From Dehalococcoidia bacterium (GTDB taxonomy: Bacteria; Chloroflexota; Dehalococcoidia; Lucifugimonadales; UBA3495), in NCBI GenBank assembly GCA_034423575.1, contig DAOUIF010000036.1:9563-73562 (forward strand): a stretch of DNA of 64,000 bases, read 5' to 3'. The notes below the pieces were generated by a model. That model worked only from the letters and a program-made list of their open reading frames with translations, made no database searches and was not told the DNA's origin. This document shows positions 45,789 through 54,906 of the stretch, piece after piece (within the stretch, counting starts at the first letter, position 1; each line of letters begins with the position of its first letter). The position numbers were made by a program, and so were the translations under genes.

Positions 45789-46331
45789 CTACTTGCGCTC
45801 GAAGTCTTCCATGTCCAATTCGTTGATCAGGTCCGTGAAGGCTGACAATCCCTGGAGCTCCTCTTCGGTGACCTCAGCGGCGGCGGATTCGCCGCCGTGC
45901 TCCGCAGACACCGCGGGTTGGCCCGTTTCCTGATCCATGGAAATCGCCGCTTTATCCATGACTTGATCCGCCACGTAAATCGGGACTTCCGCGCGCACGG
46001 CTACCGCCATGGCATCGCTTGGCCTGGAGTCGATCTCGTGGGTCCGGTCGGCGATCCTGACCACGATCTTCGCGTAAAAGGTTTCGTTCTGGAGATCATT
46101 GACCAGAACGTGCTCAAACGTTCCGCCGACCGACTTCACCAAGTCCACGAAAAGGTCATGGGTGAGCGGGCGCGGAACCGACATGCCCTGCATCTTCACG
46201 GCGATTGCTTCGGCCTCCGTGGGGCCGATCCAAATCAACAGGAACAACTCAGTGGCCAACTCCTTGAGGACCACCACCCGTTGATAGTTCATTTGACTGA
46301 TCCGGATGCTGTCGATTACCAGTTCACGCAT
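45789..46331 (-). CDS. Bifunctional nuclease (BFN/DUF151) family protein
   Basis: VVVLKELATELFLLIWIGPTEAEAIAVKMQGMSVPRPLTHDLFVDLV...ETFYAKIVV..IDSRPSDAMAVAVRAEVPIYV. Confidence 0.75.
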   Translation of the reverse strand: MRELVIDSIRISQMNYQRVVVLKELATELFLLIWIGPTEAEAIAVKMQGMSVPRPLTHDLFVDLVKSVGGTFEHVLVNDLQNETFYAKIVVRIADRTHEIDSRPSDAMAVAVRAEVPIYVADQVMDKAAISMDQETGQPAVSAEHGGESAAAEVTEEELQGLSAFTDLINELDMEDFERK

Positions 46332-46415
46332 CTCGCTTCGTCACTCCAATCAACGCTTCCGGCGAGGTCTGGTCGGATTCGCGCCATGCGGCGTTCCAAC
46401 CAGCGGGCACGCCGG

Positions 46416-46446
46416 ATTGTACACCCGCCGGAGTCGCCGATGTCAA
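46416..46446 (-). promoter_or_regulatory. Candidate promoter of the bifunctional-nuclease gene
   Basis: Minus strand reads TTGACA (46446-46441), a 19-nt spacer, then TACAAT (46421-46416). Confidence 0.4.
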
Positions 46447-46498
46447 GCGTGCAACGCCGCCACCGGCCCTCCGCTTAGAGAGAGTTCGCCGCCTGCGG

Positions 46499-46528
46499 AA
46501 GACGAAAGGGCGGGTGTCTTGCCCGCCC
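46499..46528 (-). terminator. Intrinsic terminator after the coiled-coil protein gene
   Basis: The minus RNA GGGCGGG-CAAGACA-CCCGCCC is followed by UUUCGUCUU. Confidence 0.55.
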
Positions 46529-46556
46529 CGGTGACCACCGTATTTGGGCGCTCTAC

Positions 46557-47153
46557 CTAGCGGAGACTCCCGTAATCGGCAGTTTCTCTTTCGTCGCTGC
46601 CGGTGGGTGCGAAATCGTGCGGGGAGGGAATGCTGGGACTCGCGCTGGCGGCCAGCGTCGAACCTGCCAGCATGTCGATGCCCTTCCGCACCGAACCCGT
46701 GGCCGTGGTCAGTTCACGCTCCAAGTCCCTGAGCGTACGCAGGGCGTAGGCGTCGGCCTGGTTGCGCCGGCTTTCCGCCTCGCGCTCCGCCTGGTCAATC
46801 ATGCGCCTGGACGCGGCCTCGGCCTCCCGCATCATTTCCTCAGCCTTGCGGCCCAATTCATGCTCGCTGAGGCGGGTCCGGAAATCCTGCTCCAGTTGCT
46901 GGCGTGCCTGGTGCGCCTCGGAAACGGCGGAGGACATTATGTCGTCCTTGCGTGAAAGCATTTCCTCAGCACGCCGGATCTCCTGAGGTACCGCCATGCG
47001 CAGCTGGGCGACCAGCTCGCCAATCTTGCTTTTGTCGACCATCACGTTGTTGCTGAGCGGCACGGATTTGCTCGAGTCCACCAACAATTCGATGCGGTCG
47101 ATAATACTGTTGATATCTATGATGACCCCCTCGGCCGGCGGTTCAGATTGCAC
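46557..47153 (-). CDS. Coiled-coil protein of unknown function
   Basis: IIDRIELLVDSSKSVPLSNNVMVDKSKIGELVAQLRMAVPQEIRRAEEML followed by a long charged heptad-like region. No confident family assignment. Confidence 0.5.
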   Translation of the reverse strand: MQSEPPAEGVIIDINSIIDRIELLVDSSKSVPLSNNVMVDKSKIGELVAQLRMAVPQEIRRAEEMLSRKDDIMSSAVSEAHQARQQLEQDFRTRLSEHELGRKAEEMMREAEAASRRMIDQAEREAESRRNQADAYALRTLRDLERELTTATGSVRKGIDMLAGSTLAASASPSIPSPHDFAPTGSDERETADYGSLR

Positions 47154-47160
47154 CTAAAGG

Positions 47161-47649
47161 CTACCGCTGCGGCAATTGGTATTTTTCCGCCAGGGCCCGA
47201 GCCACGTGGTCAGGGACCATACCGGAGATATCACCGCCCAATTGGGCGACCTCTTTGAGCAGGCTGGAGCTGATGAACATGTGCTCCTGGTCGCTCATCA
47301 ACGACACCATGTCTACATCGGGTTCCAGGCGCCGGTTCATGAAAAACATCTGGGACTCGTACTCGAAGTCCGGACCGCTGCGGAGACCCCGAATGATGGC
47401 CGCCGCCCCGGCGTCCCTGGCGGTGTTGACCACCAACCCGTTAAATGGACGCACGGACACGTTAGCCATGTCGGCCACGGCTTCGCGCATCAACCCGACC
47501 CGTTCTTCGGTGTTGAACAGCAGGCTCTTGGATGGGGTGTCGTACACCGCCACGATCAAGCTGTCAAACAGCCGGGCAGCGCGACGCGCCACGTTCAGGT
47601 GTCCCATGGTCACGGGGTCAAAGGTGCCGGGATACAGGGCAGTTACCAT
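47161..47649 (-). CDS. coaD: Phosphopantetheine adenylyltransferase
   Basis: ALYPGTFDPVTMGHLNVARRAARLFD...ISSSLLKEV. Confidence 0.95.
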   Translation of the reverse strand: MVTALYPGTFDPVTMGHLNVARRAARLFDSLIVAVYDTPSKSLLFNTEERVGLMREAVADMANVSVRPFNGLVVNTARDAGAAAIIRGLRSGPDFEYESQMFFMNRRLEPDVDMVSLMSDQEHMFISSSLLKEVAQLGGDISGMVPDHVARALAEKYQLPQR

Positions 47650-47681
47650 TCAGGGTTACTCCAATTCATTGTCAACGTCAG

Positions 47682-48257
47682 TCAATTCGCGTCGGCGCGA
47701 ACGGCGTAGAATCCTACCGCATTGTCTCCGTAGCTGCGTCGGTCAATCTCGTGCAGAAAATCGATTTCCGCCGGCAAAGTTACGCGATTGCTGTAACCCA
47801 CGACTACAGTAGAGTACGCGTTCAGCAGTCCGGATTGGGCCAGTCGTTTCAGGGTCGGAGTAGGTTCTCCCATTCGGTACGGCGGATCCAAAACCACCAA
47901 GTCATACCACTCTTTGCGATCCCGGTCGGCGGGGAACCTGTTCAACCAATCCAATACATCTGCACAACTGACCCGACCGGCATCTCCGTAACCTGTGAAT
48001 TCCAAATTCTCTTGTATCACCCGACATTGACGTCGGTTGCGTTCCACAAAGTCAGCGTACGTTGCGCCGCGGCTGAGGGCCTCGATGCCCAGGCTACCGG
48101 TACCAGCATACAGATCGAGTACACGGCGGCCTTCCACTTTGTCAGGTTGCAGAATGTTGAAAATCGCAGATCTAACTCTCTCGGTTGTAGGTCGCACTCC
48201 AGCCACAGCCGCCCCCAACAGGGGGAGACCCCTGGAAGAGCCGCCGGAAATTCTCAT
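47682..48257 (-). CDS. rsmD: 16S rRNA (guanine966-N2)-methyltransferase RsmD
   Basis: ORF 47682..48407; start taken as ATG 48257 (MRISGGSSRG). RPTTERVRSAIFNIL, VLDLYAGTGSLGIEALSRGA and LDPPY. Confidence 0.85.
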   Translation of the reverse strand: MRISGGSSRGLPLLGAAVAGVRPTTERVRSAIFNILQPDKVEGRRVLDLYAGTGSLGIEALSRGATYADFVERNRRQCRVIQENLEFTGYGDAGRVSCADVLDWLNRFPADRDRKEWYDLVVLDPPYRMGEPTPTLKRLAQSGLLNAYSTVVVGYSNRVTLPAEIDFLHEIDRRSYGDNAVGFYAVRADAN

Positions 48258-48536
48258 TGAGGATGATTTTCTTGGTGGCATTGTAAAACCCGTGGGACCG
48301 CGGCTGGCGAATACAGCGATAGCAAGTTTCGGGCCTTTTGGACGCGACTGCGCCAACGGCAACCAGTATATTCCCGTTCGCGCACACCCGTCGTCTTGCC
48401 CGGCCATGGGCCCTGTGCTACCATCGTGTGCGCCAATTCACGCCGCAACGAGTATGAAGCTGGAACCCGAATCGGGTGCTCGAACGCGTGCGGCGCATTC
48501 TCGCACCTTCTAACTCCACCGGCCCTCCTGGACGCC

Positions 48537-49523
48537 ATGCTCTCCTCGGACAACCCAACTTCCGGAACTCCGGGCCGGGGGGCCTTCCGCCAAGCATTGG
48601 CCGATGCGGCGCCGCAACCGGGCCGGGGCACGGTGGCCACGATCGGGGTGTTCGACGGGGTTCATCTGGGGCACCTCCACCTTCTTAACCGGATGCTGGA
48701 ACTGGCGGAACCACCCCTGATTCCGACCGTCATCACTTTCAGCAACCATCCCGCGGAAGTGGTGAACCCGGAACGCACCGTAACCAAGATCATCACGCCC
48801 GAGGAAAAGATCCGGCTGCTGTACGACGCCGGCATCGAAAGCGTGATCTGCGTCGAGTTCACCAACGACATTGCCAACCTCGACGCCAACGAGTTCACGC
48901 ACATGCTGGTGGATTGCCTCCACATGCGCGGCATCGTTACCGGCCCCGATTTCGCCCTGGGACGCAACCGCAGCGGGAACCTGGAATACCTGAGGCGCCG
49001 GGGTGCGGCTCTGGGTTTCTGGGTGGAGACCGTGGCCCCACTGGAGCTGGAAGGCAGCACGGTGCGGAGCCGCAGGGTCCGTAATGCCCTGGCCGATGGC
49101 AACGTGGACGGCGCGGAATTCCTTCTGGGTCGACCCTACGCCACCGACGGCATCGTCGTGCATGGCGCGAAGATGGGCCGCCAATTGGGCTTCCCCACCG
49201 CCAACATCGTTCCGACCGAGAACTTCGTCATCCCGGCAGACGGGGTGTACGCCACCTACGCCACGGTGAAAGGGGTGCGACACATGGCGGCTACCAGCAT
49301 CGGTGTGCGGCCGACTTTCGGCCTGAGCCAGCGGTTGATCGAGGCGCACCTCCTCGATTTCTCTGACGATATCTACGACGAAAACCTGAAGCTCGAGTTC
49401 GTTTCCCGCCTGCGCGGGCAGGAAACCTTCGACGGCATTGATGCTCTCATTTCCCAGATGAACCGGGACGTGGCCAACGCCCGCCTGGTGCTCGCGCAGT
49501 ACGACCGGCAGGAAAACGCCTGA
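48537..49523 (+). CDS. ribF: Bifunctional riboflavin kinase / FAD synthetase
   Basis: ORF 48396..49523; start taken as ATG 48537. VATIGVFDGVHLGHLHLL, GRQLGFPTANI and PTFG...EAHLLDF. Confidence 0.9.
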   Translation: MLSSDNPTSGTPGRGAFRQALADAAPQPGRGTVATIGVFDGVHLGHLHLLNRMLELAEPPLIPTVITFSNHPAEVVNPERTVTKIITPEEKIRLLYDAGIESVICVEFTNDIANLDANEFTHMLVDCLHMRGIVTGPDFALGRNRSGNLEYLRRRGAALGFWVETVAPLELEGSTVRSRRVRNALADGNVDGAEFLLGRPYATDGIVVHGAKMGRQLGFPTANIVPTENFVIPADGVYATYATVKGVRHMAATSIGVRPTFGLSQRLIEAHLLDFSDDIYDENLKLEFVSRLRGQETFDGIDALISQMNRDVANARLVLAQYDRQENA

Positions 49524-49562
49524 TCCGCCGGTCATCATTGAGCAACCGAGGCCAGGTGAGCG

Positions 49563-50783
49563 TTGACCAGCCAAGTCCGAATTCCCGAAAACCTTTCCAC
49601 CATCACGCGCCGAGGCGTGAGCCGGATCATCTCCGAGGAGGAGTTCACGGCGATGCTGCAGCGGGGCACCCCCCTGCGGTTGAAAATGGGTTTCGACCCC
49701 AGCAGGCCGGATATCCACCTCGGCCATGTCGTCGGCCTGCGCAAGCTCCGCCAACTTCAGGATCTGGGACACCAGGTCATCTTGATTGTGGGCGATTGGA
49801 CGGCGCAGATCGGTGACCCGTCGGGGCGTTCGGCTACGCGCACCATGCTGACCCACGCCGAAGTGCTGGAAAACGCCGAGTCGTATATGCGCCAGTTCTT
49901 CAAGGTGGTCGACCGCGATCGTACCCAGGTGGAATGGCAGAGCCAGTGGTTCGGCGAATTCACCCTGGCCAACGTCATCGAGCTCACCAGTCGGTTCACG
50001 ATCAACCAGTTCCTCCACCGGGAGGACTTCGCCAACCGCTACGCGCAAAACCAACCTATCGCAATCACCGAGATGCTCTATCCCTTGATGCAGGCTTACG
50101 ACTCGGTGGTAATCGAATCCGACGTGGAATTCGGCGGCACGGACCAGATGTTCAACCTGCTGGTCGGGCGAGAACTTCAGGGAATGATGGGGCAGACTCC
50201 GCAGCAGTGCTTCATGATGCACATCCTGGTCGGAACCGACGGCGTGCAGAAGATGAGCAAGAGCCTCGGCAACTACGTGGCGCTGGAAGAGCCCGCGCAG
50301 GAAATGTACGGCAAGATCATGTCGCTGCCGGACCAACTGATCACGTCATACTACGAATATCTGACCGACGTGCCGGACGACGATATCACCGAGATGACAC
50401 GGACCATGGAGTCCGAGACTGCCAACCCGATGGATTTCAAGAAAAGCCTTGCCCATCGCATCACCACAACCTTCCACGACCGCGACGCCGCCGACTCCGC
50501 CCAATCCCAGTTCGAGCAGGTGGTGCAACGACGGGATCTGCCCGATGACATTCCCGAGGTGGCGCTGTCCGAAGTGTCCGGGTTGCCGATAAATCGCCTG
50601 CTGGTCCAGATCGGCCTCGTCAGCAGCAACGGTGAAGCGCGGCGGCTGCTGGGCCAGGGCGCGGTCGAACTAATCCGCTCCGACGGGCAGCGCGTCAGCG
50701 CCGCTATGGGTGAAGAGTTAGAGGTGAATGCGGGAGACGTAGTGCGCGCGGGACGACGGCGGTTCGTGCGGCTCATTCCCTGA
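49563..50783 (+). CDS. tyrS: Tyrosine--tRNA ligase
   Basis: FDPSRPDIHLGHVVGL (HIGH motif), KMSKSLGNYV (KMSKS motif), and a C-terminal S4-like region SNGEARRLLGQGAV. TTG start at 49563. Confidence 0.9.
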   Translation: MTSQVRIPENLSTITRRGVSRIISEEEFTAMLQRGTPLRLKMGFDPSRPDIHLGHVVGLRKLRQLQDLGHQVILIVGDWTAQIGDPSGRSATRTMLTHAEVLENAESYMRQFFKVVDRDRTQVEWQSQWFGEFTLANVIELTSRFTINQFLHREDFANRYAQNQPIAITEMLYPLMQAYDSVVIESDVEFGGTDQMFNLLVGRELQGMMGQTPQQCFMMHILVGTDGVQKMSKSLGNYVALEEPAQEMYGKIMSLPDQLITSYYEYLTDVPDDDITEMTRTMESETANPMDFKKSLAHRITTTFHDRDAADSAQSQFEQVVQRRDLPDDIPEVALSEVSGLPINRLLVQIGLVSSNGEARRLLGQGAVELIRSDGQRVSAAMGEELEVNAGDVVRAGRRRFVRLIP

Positions 50784-50876
50784 ATAAGCGGGCCGCCTCG
50801 TTACACTGTTTGGTGATCTGCTGATTACCTTGCTGCGCGCACTGGAGACATCGGCCATGACTACTGCCAAAAACTG

Positions 50877-51410
50877 ATGACCGCTTCAGGACTGCTCACG
50901 TTGCCCGATGACGGTCAATGCTACGAGCTGATACGAGGTGTGTTGATTACGATGGCGCCTGCCAGCGCACCTCACGGTGCAGTCACGGACCGCATTCGCC
51001 GGCGCATCGGAAACTTCGTTAAGGCAAATAATTCGGGCAAAGCCTACACCGCCGAAACCGGGGTCTTCATCGAACATGACCCCGATACGGTGCGTGCCCC
51101 CGATTACGCGTTCATTTCTCACGAGCGTATCGCCGGCGCGTCGCCGTCCAGCCGTTACTCTGAGATAACCCCGGATCTGGTGGTGGAAGTGATTGCGGGC
51201 GATTACCGGTCATCGGTGGTGGAGGCCAAAACGCGCATGTGGCTGGACGCCGGTGTAAGGCTGGTCGCGGTCGCATACGTCGGCAGTACGGAATTAATTG
51301 CACACCATGCTGACGGCACGGTGCGGCGATTTGGCCCCGGGGATACGCTATCCTGCGAGCCTGTTCTGCCCGGTTTCGCCTGCGCCGTAGACGATATTTT
51401 CGCCTACTGA
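50877..51410 (+). CDS. Uma2 (DUF820) family putative endonuclease
   Basis: YELIRGVLITMAPASAPHGAV..APDYAFISHERI..PDLVVEVIAGDY. Confidence 0.75.
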   Translation: MTASGLLTLPDDGQCYELIRGVLITMAPASAPHGAVTDRIRRRIGNFVKANNSGKAYTAETGVFIEHDPDTVRAPDYAFISHERIAGASPSSRYSEITPDLVVEVIAGDYRSSVVEAKTRMWLDAGVRLVAVAYVGSTELIAHHADGTVRRFGPGDTLSCEPVLPGFACAVDDIFAY

Positions 51411-51417
51411 AGGGCGC

Positions 51418-52653
51418 TCACACCGGCAGGATCGGCGGCGCTTCTTCCGGCAGCGTTACCTCACGCAATGAGAGGTGGCTGCCGTCGGTGAACCAGGGGT
51501 TGCGCGGGTCGCGGGATGGCAGCAGCACGGTGGCCGTTCCCGGAGCGGTGACCTCGCCGCGCTGGTTCTCGGCCCAGATGTCCACATCCACCAGCGCGTT
51601 GCCCTGGTGAATGTACTTCCGCGCCACACGGCCCTTGCAGAACTGGGTGTCGCCATAGACGTTGAACCGCCGCGTCTCCACTCGGAGCCGCTTGAGGAAG
51701 GCGTCGTCGCCCATCCAGTTGGTCATCAGGGTTCCCAGCCAGGACACCCGCTGCGGGCCGTAATCGTACGCGCCGGGCACACCCACGGCCTCGGCCACCG
51801 AGTCGCGCAGGTGTCCGATCCCGGTGTATTCCAGGCCGCCGCCCGACTCCGGGTTCCTGAAGAAGTGGTTGGGATGGCGCATGGCCTCTCGGAGCAGCAC
51901 ACCGTGGGCGCTGGAACGGCCCGTGCCGACCAGGAAAGCGCTCACGTCCTGGAGAGAAAGCGGCCCGCGGACCACCGTGGGCAGTTCTTCCCCGATTTCA
52001 GTGTCCTCCCAGTAGCGGGGCTGCCCTCCACGCGCGTTCTCGTTGAGAACCTGCTCGTCGATCCGCGCCAGCTCGTCTTCAGTGTACTCGTGGCGCTTGG
52101 GCACGTCCGCGTACTTCCCGCGTTCGCGGGAGGCTCGACGTTGGTGGCGGGTACACCATCCAACGACGCGGGCAACCACCTCGTCGCGCTGGTTGGAATA
52201 GGTAGTCTCCACGTACTGGATGACCAGGCGCCCGGAATAGGCGCTCTGCTTTTCCTGGACGTCCAGGACCCGCTCGACGCAGTTCACCGCGTCGCCGGGC
52301 CGGAGCATGCGGAAAAACTCCCAATCGTTGCCGGCGAAGAACCCATGCACTCCCGGCAGTCCCCATCGGGTCCGGCCTGACCAGTGGCGCATGTAGGGAG
52401 CGCACGGGTGACCCACGACGCTGCCGTACTTGGAGTAAGCGGCGTATTCCTGGTCCCGGAACAGCGGGTTGGCGTCGCCGATCCCATTGACGAAATTCAG
52501 CATGGTGTCCAGCGTGGCCTGGCGCACGTACTGTTCGGTGCGCATCCGCACGCCGATCATGGCGCGGGCGGCGGCCAGAGCTTCGTCGGAGATGCCGCCC
52601 TCAACCTCGGGAAGGGTTTCAACTACCTGTTGCTGCGATTGCTGCTGGGTCAC
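51418..52653 (-). CDS. Double hot-dog (MaoC-like) acyl dehydratase / enoyl-CoA hydratase
   Basis: 411 aa. The N-terminal half resembles a MaoC_dehydrat_N/FAS1-like dehydratase (VNGIGDANPLFRDQEYA) and the C-terminal half is a second hot-dog-like half. It sits next to two CoA-transferases. Confidence 0.6.
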   Translation of the reverse strand: MTQQQSQQQVVETLPEVEGGISDEALAAARAMIGVRMRTEQYVRQATLDTMLNFVNGIGDANPLFRDQEYAAYSKYGSVVGHPCAPYMRHWSGRTRWGLPGVHGFFAGNDWEFFRMLRPGDAVNCVERVLDVQEKQSAYSGRLVIQYVETTYSNQRDEVVARVVGWCTRHQRRASRERGKYADVPKRHEYTEDELARIDEQVLNENARGGQPRYWEDTEIGEELPTVVRGPLSLQDVSAFLVGTGRSSAHGVLLREAMRHPNHFFRNPESGGGLEYTGIGHLRDSVAEAVGVPGAYDYGPQRVSWLGTLMTNWMGDDAFLKRLRVETRRFNVYGDTQFCKGRVARKYIHQGNALVDVDIWAENQRGEVTAPGTATVLLPSRDPRNPWFTDGSHLSLREVTLPEEAPPILPV

Positions 52654-52680
52654 TACGGTTCCACCTTTCTGACAAATGGG

Positions 52681-53025
52681 CTACAAACTGATTAACAAGC
52701 TCGACAAATGCAAACCGGTCAAGCACGCCATCTCGACGAACAGCCACGTCATCGGACCATTCACCAGCTCGCTACCGGAGATTTTATCTTTCGAAAGTAG
52801 CCGGCTCACTTTCTCGAGCAGCAAGAAATACGACATGACCGTCAGGGATATGAGAACAAATCTCGACACAGCGATCAGGCCAGCGATCAACCGGGCCGTC
52901 TGCAACTGTGGTTCCGCGACGGGCTGTTCATGAAATTGACCGAAAAGTCCGAAACCGATTGCCGCTGTAGCTATGGCCAAAATGCCGAGTGCTAACTGAT
53001 GACGGTCTGGAGCCCTTCCACTCAC
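52681..53025 (-). CDS. Small hypothetical membrane protein
   Basis: About three hydrophobic segments; GC is lower than the surroundings; a 4-nt ATGA overlap with the upstream small ORF. Confidence 0.4.
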   Translation of the reverse strand: MSGRAPDRHQLALGILAIATAAIGFGLFGQFHEQPVAEPQLQTARLIAGLIAVSRFVLISLTVMSYFLLLEKVSRLLSKDKISGSELVNGPMTWLFVEMACLTGLHLSSLLISL

Positions 53026-53300
53026 CGACCCGGTTCCCCGTCTTCATGCCTCCGCGACCGCCAATCAAGCCAGAAGCCATACAGAACGGCGCTCAATCCG
53101 CAAAGCGCCATGGTCAAACTCAAAGTAAACACAACCCACGCATCGGTGCTTCGCGAAACGATGCGCAAAACAAGGACGGACAAGATCAAAACCCAAATTC
53201 CGATCAGTAATGGAGCAATCCCGATGCGCCCGTAAAACTTTAGATTGCTGTGGTCTCTTGATCCGGTCAACTTGTCATCTCCAGCGCGCCGAGCCGACAC
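53022..53300 (-). CDS. Small hypothetical membrane protein
   Basis: Hydrophobic segments IGIAPLLIGIWVLILSVLVLRIV and VVFTLSLTMALCGLSAVLYGFWL. Confidence 0.4.
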   Translation of the reverse strand: MSARRAGDDKLTGSRDHSNLKFYGRIGIAPLLIGIWVLILSVLVLRIVSRSTDAWVVFTLSLTMALCGLSAVLYGFWLDWRSRRHEDGEPGR

Positions 53301-53318
53301 AACATCATGACGCTATCA

Positions 53319-54572
53319 CTAATATACCACCCGTTGCTCTTCCAACTGCGCCAGGTCGTCCTCGCTCAGCCCCAGATATCCGCAGAGCACTTCCCGATTG
53401 TGTTCGCCCAACAACGGGGCGTGACGCCGCACCCGGGACGGGGACTTGCTCAGGTTCCACATCAGGTTGAACACCGGCTCAGCGCCCAGCGCTGGGTGTT
53501 CCGTGTCGCGGTACAGGCCCCTGGCCATAAAGTGCGGGTGGAATAGCCGTTCTTCGGCGCCCAGCACCGGAGCCGCGGCCACCCCGTGCGATTGCAGAAG
53601 CTCGGTTATGGCGTCAGCCTCGTGTTCAGCCGTCCATCGGGATATGAGCGCATCCAGTTCGCGGCGGTGACGCTGGCGGCGGAATTGGCTAGCGAACCGG
53701 CCATCAGCCGCCCAGGACGGGGATCCCATGACCTGCACCAGCGCCCGCCATTCCCCTTCCGACCGGACCGCGATGGACACCCACTTGTCCTCGCCGGCGC
53801 ACGGGTAGTTGCCGTACGGCGCCATGGTCGGATCGTGGTTTCCACGGGTTTGAAGCGAGCGCCCGGTCATGGCTTGCTCCATGAGGCCAACGCCCTGGGT
53901 AACCACCGTCGCCCGCAACATGGACACGTCGATGTGTTGACCCTTGCCGGTCCGGTTGCGGTGGTACAACGCAGACGAAATCGCGAAAACGGCGTGCAGC
54001 GCCCCGCAAATATCACCAAACGCGTGCTTCAGGCCCAGGGGTCCCCCGCCCTCGTATCCCATCGTGCTGTCCAGGCCGGAAAGCGACCCGATGGACGGAG
54101 CATATGCGCGCAGGTCCCGAAGCGGCCCTTCCTGCCCCGTGGAGGAAATCGAGGCCATGATTATGTCAGGCTTGATCCCTCGCAGGGCCTCGTAACCCAG
54201 TCCCAGCCGCTCCATCACCCCCGGCGAGAAGTTCTCGATCACCACGTCGCAGCGGGAGGCAAGGTTCTTGGCCAACTCCACGGCTTCCGGCTCTGCAATG
54301 TTCAGCGTCACACTGAGCTTGCCCCGGTTCACGTTGTGGAACATCGGGTTCTGCTCCGGGTCGGGTTCGTCCCCAACGATAGGGCGCCCCATCCGCATGT
54401 AGTCCAAGCGTTGCCGGGTCTCAACCTTGATTACTTCAGCGCCCATATCCGCCAGGACCATGCCAGGCAGCGCGCCAGCCAGGACCCAGCCAAAGTCCAG
54501 CACGCGGTACCCGCTCAGTACGCCGGGCATCCCGTCGGCATAGGTGTCAGCGCCATTTAGCGGTTCAACCAT
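53319..54572 (-). CDS. Family III (CaiB/BaiF) CoA-transferase
   Basis: LSGYRVLDFGWVLAGALPGMVLADMGAEVIKVE and ENFSPGVMERLGLGYEAL. Start is ATG 54572 (the ORF is open to TTG 54581). Confidence 0.85.
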   Translation of the reverse strand: MVEPLNGADTYADGMPGVLSGYRVLDFGWVLAGALPGMVLADMGAEVIKVETRQRLDYMRMGRPIVGDEPDPEQNPMFHNVNRGKLSVTLNIAEPEAVELAKNLASRCDVVIENFSPGVMERLGLGYEALRGIKPDIIMASISSTGQEGPLRDLRAYAPSIGSLSGLDSTMGYEGGGPLGLKHAFGDICGALHAVFAISSALYHRNRTGKGQHIDVSMLRATVVTQGVGLMEQAMTGRSLQTRGNHDPTMAPYGNYPCAGEDKWVSIAVRSEGEWRALVQVMGSPSWAADGRFASQFRRQRHRRELDALISRWTAEHEADAITELLQSHGVAAAPVLGAEERLFHPHFMARGLYRDTEHPALGAEPVFNLMWNLSKSPSRVRRHAPLLGEHNREVLCGYLGLSEDDLAQLEEQRVVY

Positions 54573-54581
54573 GTTGCTCAA

Positions 54582-54842
54582 TCACCGTTGTTCACGAGGC
54601 GGGACGATCCATGCTGCCAGTGCCGGCATCACCGACAGCAGCGCTGCCGCCGCGATTTTTGTGTATCCCCCGCCGTAAACCAGGCTCAGCGTCCACAACA
54701 GTCCGAAGCAGATCGCGCCCACGATGATACCGGCGATGATTATGATCTCGGGCCGGTGGTTCTTCTTCATTGCGATCTGCCGGGCGATAAGGCAGCTGCC
54801 CAGAAAAACCACCACGCAGGCAATCGTGATACGGATCAGCAT
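54582..54842 (-). CDS. Small hypothetical membrane protein (86 aa, 3 predicted TM segments)
   Basis: MLIRITIACVVVFLGSCLIARQI..IIIIAGIIVGAICFGLLWTLSLVY..AAAALLSVMPALAAWIV. It is wedged between the two CoA-transferase genes. Confidence 0.45.
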   Translation of the reverse strand: MLIRITIACVVVFLGSCLIARQIAMKKNHRPEIIIIAGIIVGAICFGLLWTLSLVYGGGYTKIAAAALLSVMPALAAWIVPPREQR

Positions 54843-54906
54843 GGGTGACGGACGACAGCAATTGCGGGACTGTCGAAATGGCGAATCGTCATGCGAACGC
54901 GAACGT